The notes under the pieces: generated by a model | What the model saw: only the letters and a program-made list of their open reading frames with translations | The model's database searches: none | What the model was told of the DNA's origin: nothing | From: Somniosus microcephalus | Taxonomy: Eukaryota | Direction: 5' to 3' | DNA: 64,000 nt | NCBI GenBank assembly: GCA_052327205.1 | Contig: CM126216.1 | Location: forward strand, 69,192,001-69,256,000 | Program-made: the position numbers and the translations under genes | Part shown: positions 37,490 to 50,632 of the stretch, in pieces | Position numbering within the stretch: the stretch's first letter is position 1 | Layout of the letters: the number at the start of each line of letters is the position of its first letter

Positions 37490-38936
37490 TACTTTGTGTT
37501 AAAGGTTGGAATTCAACCCATTTTAGGTGAAATCCAATCTTGAAACTCAGTACAATTTATGTCATAAGTTCCAGTGACTTCAGCCAACCAGAATTTTGGT
37601 TTCGACCTGCTACATTATTGTATTGGCTATTCTTGATGCATATTGCCAGCCAATAAAGGGAATAATATTTAATACAAACTGCTTGTGGCAGAAATTTAAT
37701 TATAGGATGCAAATAATTGAGATTTAAAAAAGTTCAGACTGTTAAGTTCCTTCATATTTAGAAATCTAGCACTAAACTAGTAATGCTTACTGCACATTCT
37801 TAAATTAAGAGCGTTTTAACTCCTAATGGATGGGGGTGGAATGGTACAGCAGTAAGGTACTGTTAAGAAACTTTCCGAGAACTCATTCCAAACTGTCATC
37901 GGAAGCAACAAATGTTGGGAAATAACATTTCAACATTGAATCTGATGTGGAAACCGAATGGAAGGAGTAGTAGTCGGCAGGAGGTTCATAGAATTTTACA
38001 GCACAGAAACAGGTTCACCAGGCCTCTGTCGGTGTTTACATTCCACACAAGCCTCCTCCCACCTTATTTCATCTCATCCTGTCAACAAACCCTATTCCTT
38101 TCTCACTCATGTACTTGTCTAGCTTTCCCTTAAATGCATCTATGATTTTGCTTCAACCACTCCATAATATTTGTCTTTACAGCTTTATCTTAAAGTGCGC
38201 ATTGACCAGAACGGCTTACTTCCTCAAGCTCTGCCCTACACATGCCTACTGAAAGGACGAGATTGTAAAATGCACTGCGTTAATGGCTATGTATAACTTC
38301 TTTATGCTTTCAGCACTAATCTTTCCTTGCACCAGTGATATTATCAGCACTTGATATTTAAAAAAAAAACTTTAAGTCGAAAACAAGGATGTTAAAAGTA
38401 ACATTTGTTTAGTGGTTTTTAAAGCAGAACCGATGAGCCTTCCTCTTTAAATAGAGCTAATAATTTACAGAAAAGATTTAACATGTATTTGTGGTGGTGT
38501 TCAGATAAAACTCTCCTTGTCTGAAAGGTCCTTCATACTGGCCTTGGAAGGCTGGATTTAAAACTGGATCAATGCACTAAACTTAAACAGGCATCTTTTG
38601 TGTAGCCCATGCAATAAAGGCCAGCCACTGTTGTGATAACTTGAGTCCAACAAAATCAGAATAATTTGAACAACTAAGGGGAGATTTTCAGAAGAGTCGT
38701 GTGTGTAAATTTTGCATTGTTGAAATGATGACTGCATTTGGTAGAAATGTGGTTGAAAAATACTATTGTAGCCATATTATTAAAAACATTGTGTGAAACT
38801 ATGTTGCCCTGAACAGGATAACTGCTGTTTATAAACACAAGGCCACAAGTATGTTTCCTTGTACATGGATGTTTGACAGTAATTTAAGTTAATTTTTTTT
38901 CTCTGTTTTCTTTAATTTATTTTTATCTTCACTCTT

Positions 38937-41370
38937 TTAAAGGAGGAGACATGTGCTGGCTCCCTCTGGTACCTTGCTTGTGTGGCCATTTTGAAACATG
39001 TATGAGCTGCCGATCTGCTCAATCACCTTGGATGTCCTTGTCCCCAGTAAAACCCTTATTCTCTCCAACCCCCGTCGTTCCCCTTGATACTGCCCCCATC
39101 TTCGCTCCCTTAAGCCCAAGGGATGCAGATTTGAATGTTTATGGCGCACAACTGGTTTAGCCACTCATCGCCAGATCTGGCTGGACTACATCGAGCCCTG
39201 TCCAGGCTCTGCTCTCTGCTGCCAAACTGCTCACGAATCCAGGATCATCCTGGAATGTAAAGATAAGCCCTGGCTTTTTTTCTCCACTGCAAAGCATCTC
39301 CTTAAACCACTCTCCCCTTCCCCCCACTCTCCCCTTCACCTCACCTCTAACAACGGAGTGGGCCTTTGGCGTAGCGGTAGCATCCCCGCTGCTGGGCCAG
39401 AAGGCGTAGGGTTTCGAACCCCGCTCCAGACAGTCCTGGCAAGTGGAGTCGGAGCTCCGGCTCTAAATTCTGGGTTGACATCCAGCGGGATACTTGCGTC
39501 CGTGGGTGTGGGTGGCACCCCCCTTGTATGGGTTGTGGGAGCCCGTAAAACCCTCCCGCCATAGGACTAACCACCCTAATGGCTGGTACGAAGATGGTTA
39601 CGGTCACGGAAGGAGCGTTAATCGAGGCCAGAAATCCTTCTACCACTTCATACAGTTCCCCAAAGGGAACAGTGTGAAGACACGTACGACGACGACCTCT
39701 AACAACGTGCAAGGAGCTCATGAACTTCTTTGTCACTAAGATTGAGTCCATCCGTTCAGCTGCCTCTGTTGCTTCCCTCCCTTCCCCTAGCCCACCAATC
39801 CAAGCATTCCCCCAAGGTTTCCCCTGCCCCAGCCCTGAACTCGCATCTTCCTCTAGTTTCTCTCCAAGCATATTGTCCATGAGGACCATCTCTTGCTCTC
39901 TCGACCCTATTCCCACTAAACTACTGACCACCCAACTTCCCTTTCCTGGCCCCTTGCTAGCTGACACTGTAAACGGTGCCCTCTCCTCAGGTACTGCCTC
40001 CCTCCTTTTCAGATCTGCTGTCAGCAATCCCCTCCTCAAAAAATCCATCCTTGACACCGCTCTCCTTGCAGACTACCAACCCAACTCCAACCTCCCTTTC
40101 CTCTCCAAAGTAATTGAACATGTTGTTACCTCCCAAATCTGTGCCCATCTTTCCCACCACTCCATGTTTCAGCATCTCCAATCAGGTTTCCACCCCTGAC
40201 ACCGCACTGAAACAGCCCTAATCAAAATTATAGTGACATCCAATGTGACTGTGACAATGGTGCACTCTCCTTCCTCATCCTTCTTGACCCGTCTGCAGCC
40301 TTTGACATGGTTGACCACACCATTCTCCTCCAACTCCTCTCCTACATTGCCCAGCTGAGTGGGAATGCCCTTGGCTGGTTCCACTCTTATCTATTCAGTA
40401 GTAGCCAAAAAATCTCCTGCAGTGGCTTCCCTTCCCACTCCCGCACCACTACCTCCTGGAGTCTCCCAAGGATCTATCCTCGGCCCCCTCCTATTTCTCA
40501 CTTACAGGCTGCCCCTCAGTTACAGCACCCAGCTCTACCTCACCACCACCTCTCTCGATCACTTCACTGCCTCTGTGTTATCAGACCGCTTGTCTGACAT
40601 CCAGTCCTAGATGAACCTAAATTTCCTCCAATTAAACATTGGGAAGGCTGAAGCTATTGTCTGACCGTCTCCACAAACTCTGTTCCCTCACCATCCATTC
40701 TATCCCCTCACTTGCCACTGTCTCAGGCTGAACCAGACTGTTCACAGCCACAGCATCCTATTTCACCCTGAGCTGAGATTCCGAGCTCTCATCCTCTCCA
40801 TCGCAAAGATTGCCTTCTTGAACCTCTGTAATATCACCGTTCTCCACCTCTGCATCAGCCCACCTGCTGCTGAAGCCCTCATCCATGCTTCTGTTTATCT
40901 CCAGATTCAACTATTCCAATGCTCTTCTGGCCAGCCTCCCATCTTCCACGCTCCCTAAACTTGAGCTCATCCAAAGCTCTGCTGCCCGTATCCTAACTCA
41001 CACCAAGATCGTTCAGCTATCATCCCTGCTTACTGGCTCCCGGTCCACCAATGCCTCGATTTTTAAAATTCTAATCCTCATGTCTAAATCGCTCCATGGC
41101 TTTGCCCCTCTCTATATCTGTAACCTCCTCCAGTTCTACAACCCTCCAAGACTCTGCCTTCTTCCAACTCTGCCTCTTGTGCATCCCCCACTTCCTTCAC
41201 CCCACCACTGTCGATCGTGCCTGCAGCTGTCCAGGCTCTAAGCTCCGGAGTTACCTCTTTGTTAGTTTTAAAACTTACCTCTTTGACCAAAGTTTGAGTC
41301 ATCTGTCCTCGCATCTCCTTCTTTGGTTCCATGTCAATATTTGTCTGATTATGCTCCTAAACTGGCTTTT
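38937..41370 (+). mobile_element. L2 LINE, decayed, interrupted by a SINE
   Basis: [36 protein letters not shown]; L2-type tail near 41270-41350. Confidence 0.88.
39355..39694 (+). mobile_element. Young tRNA-derived SINE with (ACG)n tail
   Basis: A box TGGCGTAGCGG, B box GTTTCGAACC, tail ACGACGACG; perfect TSD ACCTCTAACAAC (39343-39354, 39695-39706). Confidence 0.88.
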
Positions 41371-42768
41371 AAACATGGACTTGCTGTCACCGGGCATCTA
41401 ATCCAGTGTGGTGCCCTCTATATGGGATCTGTGGCATATGTGAGAAGGCCAAGCAACAACAAGGCTCTTCAACCAATCGGATTGAAGAATCCTCACTGAG
41501 ACACGCAGAGCCTAAACCAGGAAGTATAAGTTAGATTTAAATCATGTACAGAAAGCAAAATAAAGACTGGGAAAGAAAGATGCAATTAAGAGAGATAAAA
41601 GAGCCAGACAGAAAAAGTAAAAAAAAAGTTATTTTAATTTTTATTTAAAAAAAATCTCCAACACTAAAATTAAATTTTCAGGGCCAGAGAGATTGTTTGG
41701 CAATAATTATGTCTTATCACACCGTTAAAAATTCACTTACACCTGAATGCACCAGCCTTAACTTTTTCTGCAGTGTTTAGTTGTTAACCCGTGGGTAAGT
41801 AAAGAAAGAAAGACTTGCATTTATATAGCGCCTTTCATGACCACCGGACATCTCAAAGCGCTTTACAGCCAATGAAATACTTTTGGAGTGTAGTCACTGT
41901 TGTCATGTGGGAAAGCACCGCAATTACACGGCAATGCATTGATTTCAATGCTGAGTCTATCGTTGAGGTATTGTTATAGTGCTGCCTGTGGAGGAGCAGG
42001 GTAACTCGGAGCGCAACTTCTGGATTACTGCGCATGTGTGTACTCTGGAAGTTGATGTCCGATTTACTCCATAATAACGGTGAGCGCTGTTAGCCTCACC
42101 ATTATTCTCGATGCAAATTCCGGGCCAGTATGTTAAAAGTCAGTTTGTGGTATTTTATTCACCCTCGTCCCCTCATGAAGACACTGTCTCTGGCTGTGGT
42201 ACAATTCCATATGTGCTGGGAGCTCTCTGACAGTTCACCCAACAGACCATTCTTCATGTATGAGACTAGAGTGAGTGCCAGCTGGGTATTCAACCATAGA
42301 GCCACACCACAGCCAAGTCCAATCTTGTCCATAGGAGCACTTTCCAATATGTGTCAATGGATAGTGATCAGGAGTAGGAACCCTGGCTGATATCCCTTCC
42401 CCCCCCTCCTGCCAAACTGAGAATGGTGAGGCCAGTTGTTAAATATTTGTAGTCAAAATGTAACGATGCAGTAAATCTAATAAAAATTAGCTGGTTAATT
42501 TATGTTTCCTAAACATTATTTATGAAATTCTGTAAAACTGCACACTTGTGTGGTGTGAATCATATTGTTACTGAGTGCAATCCAATATGTAGCATCATTT
42601 TGGTTTTGTTTGTTTCTCTGTGCCTCTTGCTATTTCCTGTTCATCTCTCTTAGCTTCAGTGTAACAATGTCTGGTGGCAATCTGGGGTTCAATAAAAATC
42701 TAACTGCTAGCTTGAATTTTACCCAACAATTGAGATGTGCTCTTAACATTTTGATTTGTGTTAATCTT

Positions 42769-42983
42769 TGATGCGCTATCAATTACTCATAAAAGACTGA
42801 GAGTTAAGAGAGTAACTAAAGGCTTTTATTAACAAAAGAATGAAGGTCTGCCTCGAGTGGTCGACCGGTCCAGAAATACAAAGGGCTGGGGAGCAGTCAC
42901 CTTTATACTAGGACTTGTGGGAGGAGTCAGCCGAGGCATGTCCAGGCATGTACACAGTGGAATACAAACAGTGGTTTACCACA
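42769..42983 (-). mobile_element. Solo LTR (Gypsy-like)
   Basis: TG...CA termini; perfect 5-bp TSD ATCTT (42764-42768, 42984-42988); TATAAA then AATAAA on the minus strand. Confidence 0.85.
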
Positions 42984-44263
42984 ATCTTTACATACTCTGG
43001 AGAGAAAAGGTTCAGGAGAGATATTCAAATATTAGATTCTTAATAGATAAATTGAAGTCTGATGATATGCTTGAGATTGCCATAAGCTCTAGAGCCAGGG
43101 GACCAGGTGCGCAGACAGTTTAGATGTAGCTGCTTTATGCAGAGGGCGATAAATGTGCGGAATGAAATGAGCAGGGAGGCAGTGGTGACAGGTAAAGTGG
43201 AAAACGTTCAGGGAAAATTGCAGTTATTTGAGGGAGTGGGTGATTGAGAGTCTTTGGGACTGCATTCTTTTCCAGTCCTGAACTTTCCTAAGTATCTGTG
43301 TTGAAGGTTGAAAGTTCTCTGGTAAACAAGTGCACTTTAGCTAGAATAAAGGTAGAAAATCACCCAGAGAACCCACAAAAATGTTGTGTGGCGTAAACAT
43401 TTGTTTGTAGAGCAGTCTATCTCAGAGAATTTTGAAGTTTTGTGTCTGTGTGTCTATCTGTATATAAATAGCCACCTTCGTTCTCAAATTGATAAATTTC
43501 CAACAATTTAATAAGAAATTGAGCTCCCACCGGGGTTATTGTTAACTATGTTTATTTTAAAATCTGATGCTGTTAGATAAAGATAAGCTGCTTTTGTGGG
43601 GCCTTTTGCTAACCTGTTGTATAGGTTCTCTATTAATAAATGATTTTGTTCAGAAAATAGTGTAACCATAAAGTTTTAACTTTGTCTTTGAGTCAGAAGG
43701 TTGTAGGTTTAAGTCCCACCACAGCATGAGCACTTATTCTAGGCTCATACTTGCAGCACTGAGGGAGTGCTGCATTGTTGGAGGTGCCATCTTTCAGATG
43801 AGATTTTAAACTAAGGCCCTGTTTACCTTCTCAAGCGAGCATAAATGATCACATGGCACTATCCGAAGAAGAGGGAGTTCTCCAAGTGTCCCGGTGAAGA
43901 TTCCTCCCTTCACCAATACCACCAAAACACATTATCTGGTCAATCCATTAATTTGCTGTTTGTTTGACCTTGCTGTGCACAAATTACCCCATTTACCTAG
44001 TTAACTGCTCTTCAAAAGTAATCCGTTGAGTATTTATAAATTGCTTTATAAAGTGCTGTTGAATGTCCTGAGGACGTGAAGGGTGCTATATTAATGCAAG
44101 TTCTTTCTTTATTGAAGGTAAATTCTTTGAAATTTGACAGTCTTTGATTTAGTCAGATTTCCTCTCCAAAAGATTAGAGATTACAATTGCTTTCCATATC
44201 TATGTTATAAAGAGGAGTTAGTCCTTAAACCCCACTAATGTTTTTTTTATTTTATTGAAACAG

Positions 44264-44404
44264 GTTCTCTCGCACAGTCTCTGTACAGTGTTGCAAGTAC
44301 CTCACAATCCAGTGGCTTTGGAAAACCACTTTAAGGATGACGATGAAGGACCAGTTTCTAACCAGGGATACATGCCTTATTTGAACAGGTTTATCTTGGA
44401 TAAG
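44264..44404 (+). CDS. SWAP70: SWAP70 coding exon 2 ([14 protein letters not shown]...YLNRFILDK)
   Basis: cag|GTT CTC...GAT AAG|gtatct; 141 nt; [20 protein letters not shown] motif. Confidence 0.96.
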
Positions 44405-46479
44405 GTATCTTTTTTAATAAGTCCATTTATAACCCTAACTGTGAAACTCCATTATGTATTACGTATGTATAGTTTAAAAATCCATTGCATAGAATAGCAG
44501 CTCTTGTAGTGAAATTAGTGCCTATTGACTGAGTTTTTTTTAAACAATGAAGAGTGACAGGAGGTGCCTCCAAGAGCAACAGAAATCAGCGTCTCCAATA
44601 ATAAAAATCTCTATTATTATTATTATAAGTGGTTGCAGTCCTCTATGCCTTGTCCTTTGCTCTAACCAAGATGGCACTCCGCAGTGCCATAGTCTAACGA
44701 GTCAGATTGGCATCTGACTCCCATTTAATATTTTTGCCTGCTAATTTTAAGGTATCAGCCTTGGGTCAGTGGTCACACGGAGGTCCCATCTGCCCTCTCA
44801 GGTAAAAGATCCTATGGCAAAACCCCCAAAATGTGTGTTTTTGAATTGAATGGCTTGGCCCTTCCCTTGGTTATCTGACCAGATACCTATATCTGGAACA
44901 ACTATATTCTGAGGCATTGTGCATTAGAACAATTGCCATCTGGCCCAGTGGTCGCACTCTCATTTCTGAATCAGATGTCGGTGGTGCCGTCTTTCAGATG
45001 AGACGTTAAACTGAGGCCTCGTCTGCCCTCTCAGGTGGATGTATTTGAAGAAGAGCAGGGGAGTTCTCCTGGTATCCTGGCCAACATTTATCCTTCAAAT
45101 AATATCACTTAAAATAGATTAGCTGGTCATTTACATCATTGCTGTTGGTGGGACCTTGCTGTGTGCAAATTGGCTGCTGCATTTTCCTCCATTACGAATG
45201 TTCCTACACTTCAAAAAGTACATCATTGCTATGAAGTGCTTTTAAACGTCCGGAGGTCATGAAAGGCACTATGTAAATGTAAGTTCTTTCTTTCTATGAA
45301 TGAACCTGATTTTTAACCCCATATGTACCATGGCAGAAGGAAAGTAGTCAATGTCATGAGACAAAAATGCTTCACTTTGTCAATCTCGTAGCACTTGCCT
45401 AAATTCGAGTTAGAAGATTTCATGCACATATCATACCACACATCATGCCTTCACATTGATGCTATATGTAAACTATAACCGGCCAAGAAGAGTCCAATTT
45501 TTAGCTTCATTGCCTTCATAATTATGGTTTTTTAAAATGAAAATGGAGGAAGCAGATTTCTGTTTTTTTTAAAAATCCTTCTTCCTCCATTTTAAGTCTC
45601 ACAATTGAAAATATCGTCATGAGACCCAAGAGAATGAATACACTTATTGGGAGATTGTGCAACTTCCCCCCCCCCCTCCCCCGTGCCTTGACTCACATTT
45701 TTATTCTGCACACGCTTTTTTCTTCGTTGTTTGTGTAATGACCTCAAGAATATTTCTGTACTTTTTTTTGTAAACTGCAGGAAACACGTTTTTCCTTTTC
45801 TACCACACACCCAGCTGAAACCATAGATCTGGGCATTTCTCCATAATTGCCCTCCACAAACAATGAATGCCTTGTTAAAGGGCAGGCGGTTTATTGCTCC
45901 CTTAGATAAACAAGTCATTTGCATTTGGTAAAGCAAACGAGCATTTAATATTTTAAACTTTGGACAAAAAGACATGACATAGGAACTCTACTTTTTAAAA
46001 TCTGATAAAATTCTGAAATTATATAATGTTCAGCTGCAGAGACAAAAAATCCTTCGAACTTAAAAAATGCAAGTAATTTTTTAAGCTGCCATCCCTGCAG
46101 CATTTTCCCAATTTTCTAAACAGTGCTGTTTTCTTCATGAACTGAATGATTTGTCCAAAGTTCCTATCACATGCTTTTGGCACCAAGAATTTAACTGCAT
46201 TTGTGAAGTAAACGAAGATAGTCCTTACAGAACATGCAGATGTTATTCGTTGCTGGTTCAGCATTGTGCTTATCAAATCCACTAAGCACAAACGTTCAAT
46301 CATCAGGCCACACCACACTGGCCAGGCGCTTTTATTTTAATCCAGCTCAAAATAATTGAGAAATTTTAATAACGACCTGTCCTTTTTCTTAAATGATGGC
46401 AAGCATAGGGCTCTTTCTGTTTTTTAATTTCAAAATTTTTTTAAGAATTGAGAAACCAAATTGAAGGGCCATGATCAAT

Positions 46480-47470
46480 ATCACAGGACACAATTAAGGT
46501 TGAAAAGATCAGGGTAAAAGATGAGGTAAATGAGGAAGAAGTTGATTAGGTGATTCTAACCTTGAGTTTTAAAAATCTGATGATTGTGAGAGGAAGGAAG
46601 ATCAACATTAAGGAGTTCTGTTGTCCCAGGAAATAATGAATTAGAGTAGGAGGCTGTCATAACAAGTCTTGATTTCAACATAGTGGTGATTTAGGGAGGA
46701 TCACGAGTGTGTAGGAAGCTGCATTTTGAGCTTCGAATGATCGAGAGGAATGTTTAGAAGAGTAGTGACCTTCGTAGTATTAAAAATGAACAGGAATTTA
46801 GGTGCTGGAGAGGGGGCAGAGGAGGGCAACCAGGATCAGTCCAAATCTTAGTTACGAGGATAGGCTCTAAGAATAAGGTTTATTTACTTTGGAGAAACAC
46901 AGGTTTAGAGGGGATGACTATTTTAAAAGGTTGAAAAGATTGGTTACAATCCAGTTAGATGGGTGATTTGGGATGGTTAGGATCAGTAAAACTAGAGGGA
47001 ATGCATATAAAATCTCTCTTTCAAAACAGAAATAATCAAGAAGTTAGGTTAGAAACCAAAATCACAAGAAGTTAGGTTAGATGTCAGGGAGTATTTCTTT
47101 TCACAGAGAGTTGTCGCCCTCCAACTGTCTAAGACGTGGGCAGTGTGGAGTTGCAACAGTCATTTAAAAGGGAACTTATAAAATCCCTGAGAAAAGAGGG
47201 CATTTCCAGTTATAGGGAGTAAGTTCCAAATTAGTTGTGAGGACTCATCGACAACTGCATTTTCCTGTGGCTTGCTTGATTGCAGAGGAACTTCCCAAAG
47301 TTTTTCTTAAATTAGTCAGTTTTTTTTGCTCCTCGCAGAAGATAGCATGGTTAGGGGATGGTTGAATAGGTTAGAGAGTGGGTTAACAGTGCACAAGGTT
47401 GCACTGTCGGTCTGGATGGGCAGGCATGATGAGCATAATGGTCTTTTCCAACTCTTCAGTTAGGTATGTT
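46480..47470 (+). mobile_element. Old CR1-like LINE 3' fragment
   Basis: Heavily decayed motifs (sYEDRL..l.lF.LEK.R.RGD; fFSQRVV). Confidence 0.55.
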
Positions 47471-48895
47471 CATGTGTAAATCAGTCTTCAGGGAAAGAGG
47501 GGAGAAAATTGGGGGTGGGGAGGAGAACCCTGGAAAGTATTATATAAGGCCAAAGCAGATTGGCCCACTAATGCTCTATTTTCTCAGTGCACATTTGAAA
47601 TCACAATTCCCTGCCCAGTGAGCTTGATCTCAGTTGAGTGAAAGGAAAGGACTTGCTATTATAGTAAGTTTTTCACAACCTCAGAATGTACCAAGGTGCT
47701 TTACAGCCAATTCAGTACTTTTGAAGTATTGTCACTGTTGTAATGTAGGGAAACACGGCAACGAATTTGCATACAGCAAGGTCAGATGTTGGCTAGATAC
47801 CAGGAGAACACCCCTGCTCTTCTTCAAATACATACGCCTGAGATGGCAGACAGGGCCTCAGTTTAACGTCTCATTTGAAAGATGGTATTCCTGATAATGC
47901 AGCACTCCGTACTGCATTGGAGTGTCCGTCTACTTTATACACGCAAGTCCCTGAGAGTAGGGCTTGAACCCACAACCTTCTGACTCGGGTGAAAATGCTA
48001 CCACAGGACACAAAGCCCTAGAATAAAAATGTTCCAGATCGAGATATCTGGGCAGTTAACCAAGGGAGGGGCCAAGCCATTTAAATCAAATACTAGCATC
48101 TGGTGTGTTCTGTTTGTTCTTGGCTGTTTTTGAGTTTGAATTTTGAGTTTGAGATAGGTATTTAAATTTCCTTTGTCTCAGTTATTTAAAAAAAAAAGTA
48201 TTTCTCAGCCTATCCTGTTCAAATTTGGTAATCTGTCTGAAGCCATTAGAGATAGATAAGCCAGAGACACACTTTAGTTATTCAGCAACAAACAACCACA
48301 AAATAGGTTAATATTCAGGGACCTTGTGTCCAGTCTAGTTTACATTACGGTTTAGAGCAGCAGATAGAAGTGATTTTTCTATCTCCTGAGGAGGGATGGT
48401 TAAACCTGCAACTAAAGCAAATTTACAGTGTCATTGCTTCTCTGTTTAAATAAACCTGTTTGGCATTTTATAGCTTCAGTCTGGGGAAGCTGTTCATTTG
48501 ACCTCCTGTAAGCTGGAATTGCAGTAAAAATGGTATCAATTCAATCCCTAGGCTTGCCACAAATTACCTGGATTTTGGGCAGGTAAAGATGCACTCTGGG
48601 CCACACGGAGTGAGGGCTCACTTACAGAAGTGTGAACTTGAGAAAATTTCTAGAGTTTGAAAACCTAAAAATGTAACAAATCCACCTCCAAATGATAGTC
48701 CCTCAGCACCTGTAGTATAACTGCAACTGGTGCAAGTTTAAGAATTGGTGAAGTTTTAAGAACTTTCCAAGTAGTTTTAGATTATCTGGGAACTTTTTAA
48801 AATGTCGTTTGTAACATTTTTAACAGCAGAGAGATGACTCTCTTGATGGCTGTTTACTAACATCAAAATATAGTCAACATGTGAAGTTGGTGCGC

Positions 48896-49633
48896 ACTAC
48901 CGCCACGATCTCCTGCGCCCGCAGATCGTGACGTCAGTCGAGCGTGCAGCGCCCCGGACCGGATATTGAGTGGCGCCCCCTGCCTTACCACCTGCCGCTG
49001 GTAACGACAGGTTGAGGGGAGCGTTTTGCAGTCGGGAAGGGGCTGGGGGAGCGCTATTTAAAGGTGACCGCTTCCTGCCTTTTTTTGTCGGCGACATTTT
49101 TGCACCACGCATTCTGAGTGAGAGAGAGAGACTTCTGGAGATATTCAACGCTGTGTTGTGGAGTTTTGGGTACTGAGCTGCAATTTGCAGGTTCATTTTG
49201 ATTTGATCTTCCTTTCATCGATTTAGAAGAGACTATGGGGGCTGCACTCAGCTCTTTCCCTGGGCCTCTACATTGTTCTTTCCAGCAGATTTGATGTACA
49301 GATCTCTCCAGGCCGAGATTCAAGGCTGTAATGAGCAGGGTGTGGATGGAGAGCAAGATCGACCCTCCCCTTTAAGAACTGGCCGGCACCAGTGTGTGTG
49401 TGTTTCATTGCTGACTGACATCACATGAGCTTCGCCAGCGCTCTGAGGTAGCGCCTCGATCCTCGGCGTTAGCACCATAAGACAGGTGTGTAGCGCCTGA
49501 TTTAGCGCTCCAATCACCTCTGGGGCGATAAAAGCCAAATTTGCAGTCGGAGGCGATAATTAGCGCCAGGCGCTAAACTTTGCGCCCAACCGATAATTGC
49601 GCCCCAAACAGGGCGATACCCAATTTCTCCCCC
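48896..49633 (-). mobile_element. Harbinger-type family A copy 2, truncated at one end
   Basis: Reverse complement of ~26030-26785; ends in CCCAATTTCTCCCCC. Confidence 0.88.
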
Positions 49634-50455
49634 AATATGTATAGGCATGATGCTTTTATAGAGAGAGTGAGAATGAATACATTTTAAAATTGCAGTCTTG
49701 TGTGAATATAGAAATTATATACAGAGGTGGATATACTTAACCACCTAGCAGTTATTGCACTCCACATGATTAGAGTGAAAGTTTGATGCGGGGAAGAAAT
49801 ATTTTCCCCCAGCGCTTGAAGAAGCTTAATGATGCTGGTATCATTTGAAATTGCTAAGAGAGAAACCTATTCTTTTCCTAAAAAATGAAGGAAATGACTT
49901 AGTTGCCAACTGAGCTGAAATGTACTTGTGTAACTTTATGGCAGGCTGCAGTTGTGTGAATATATTTGGGCTTGCAGGAGCTTTATATCTTGGTTATACA
50001 GTTTAAAATTTTAATCGGCTGGACAACTAAAATGTCAACACATTAATGATCGTTCTCATGGATTTGACACTTGGTTAGAAGAACTCTGAAGAGACATAGA
50101 ATAGATTTAGCCTTTTGGAATTTATTCTCAACAAACCAGTCAATGGTTTCTATGGTGAAGATTGTGCAGCAGAAGTAATTAGAGTTTGCTTATTCTTGGA
50201 GTACGTAAAAACTTGCAGTACAATAATACCACGTGTTTTTTAGAATGCTGTAACGCTGTCTCTCAAAAGGGGAGGGGGGGAAGATCCTAATTGTTATTGA
50301 GTTAAATCTTGAATAAAGAAGCAAATCTTCTGACCATTGAAATATCAGAAATTTAAAGAAATATAATCACTAATTGTTTTCTTCCTCTTTTTCCCATTTT
50401 TCTCCTGATAATTTTTTTCTCTCTCTCTTCCTTGTCCTCCCCTACCCTCTTAAAG

Positions 50456-50632
50456 GTTCAACCAAACAGCTTTGATAAATGTGACTTTAATAGGATGTGC
50501 TGGACTCTCTGTGTCAAGAAAAATCTGAACCGGAACAATTTACTGATCAGTGATGATGATACCTTCAAAGTATGGTGTATCTTCAACTTCCTCTCGGAAG
50601 ATGTCTATCCCTTGATCATAGTCCCAGAGGAG
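50456..50632 (+). CDS. SWAP70: SWAP70 coding exon 3 (VQPNSFDK...YPLIIVPEE)
   Basis: Long pyrimidine tract, aag|GTT CAA...GAG GAG|gtaaga; 177 nt; [14 protein letters not shown] motif. Confidence 0.96.

Noticed and set aside
39500-39580. HDV-like ribozyme in the SINE middle (GGGTGG...CTAA-CCACCC)
   Set aside because: P2 and J4/2-like parts are visible, but I could not find a P1 5' strand or a convincing P1.1; needs a descriptor search.
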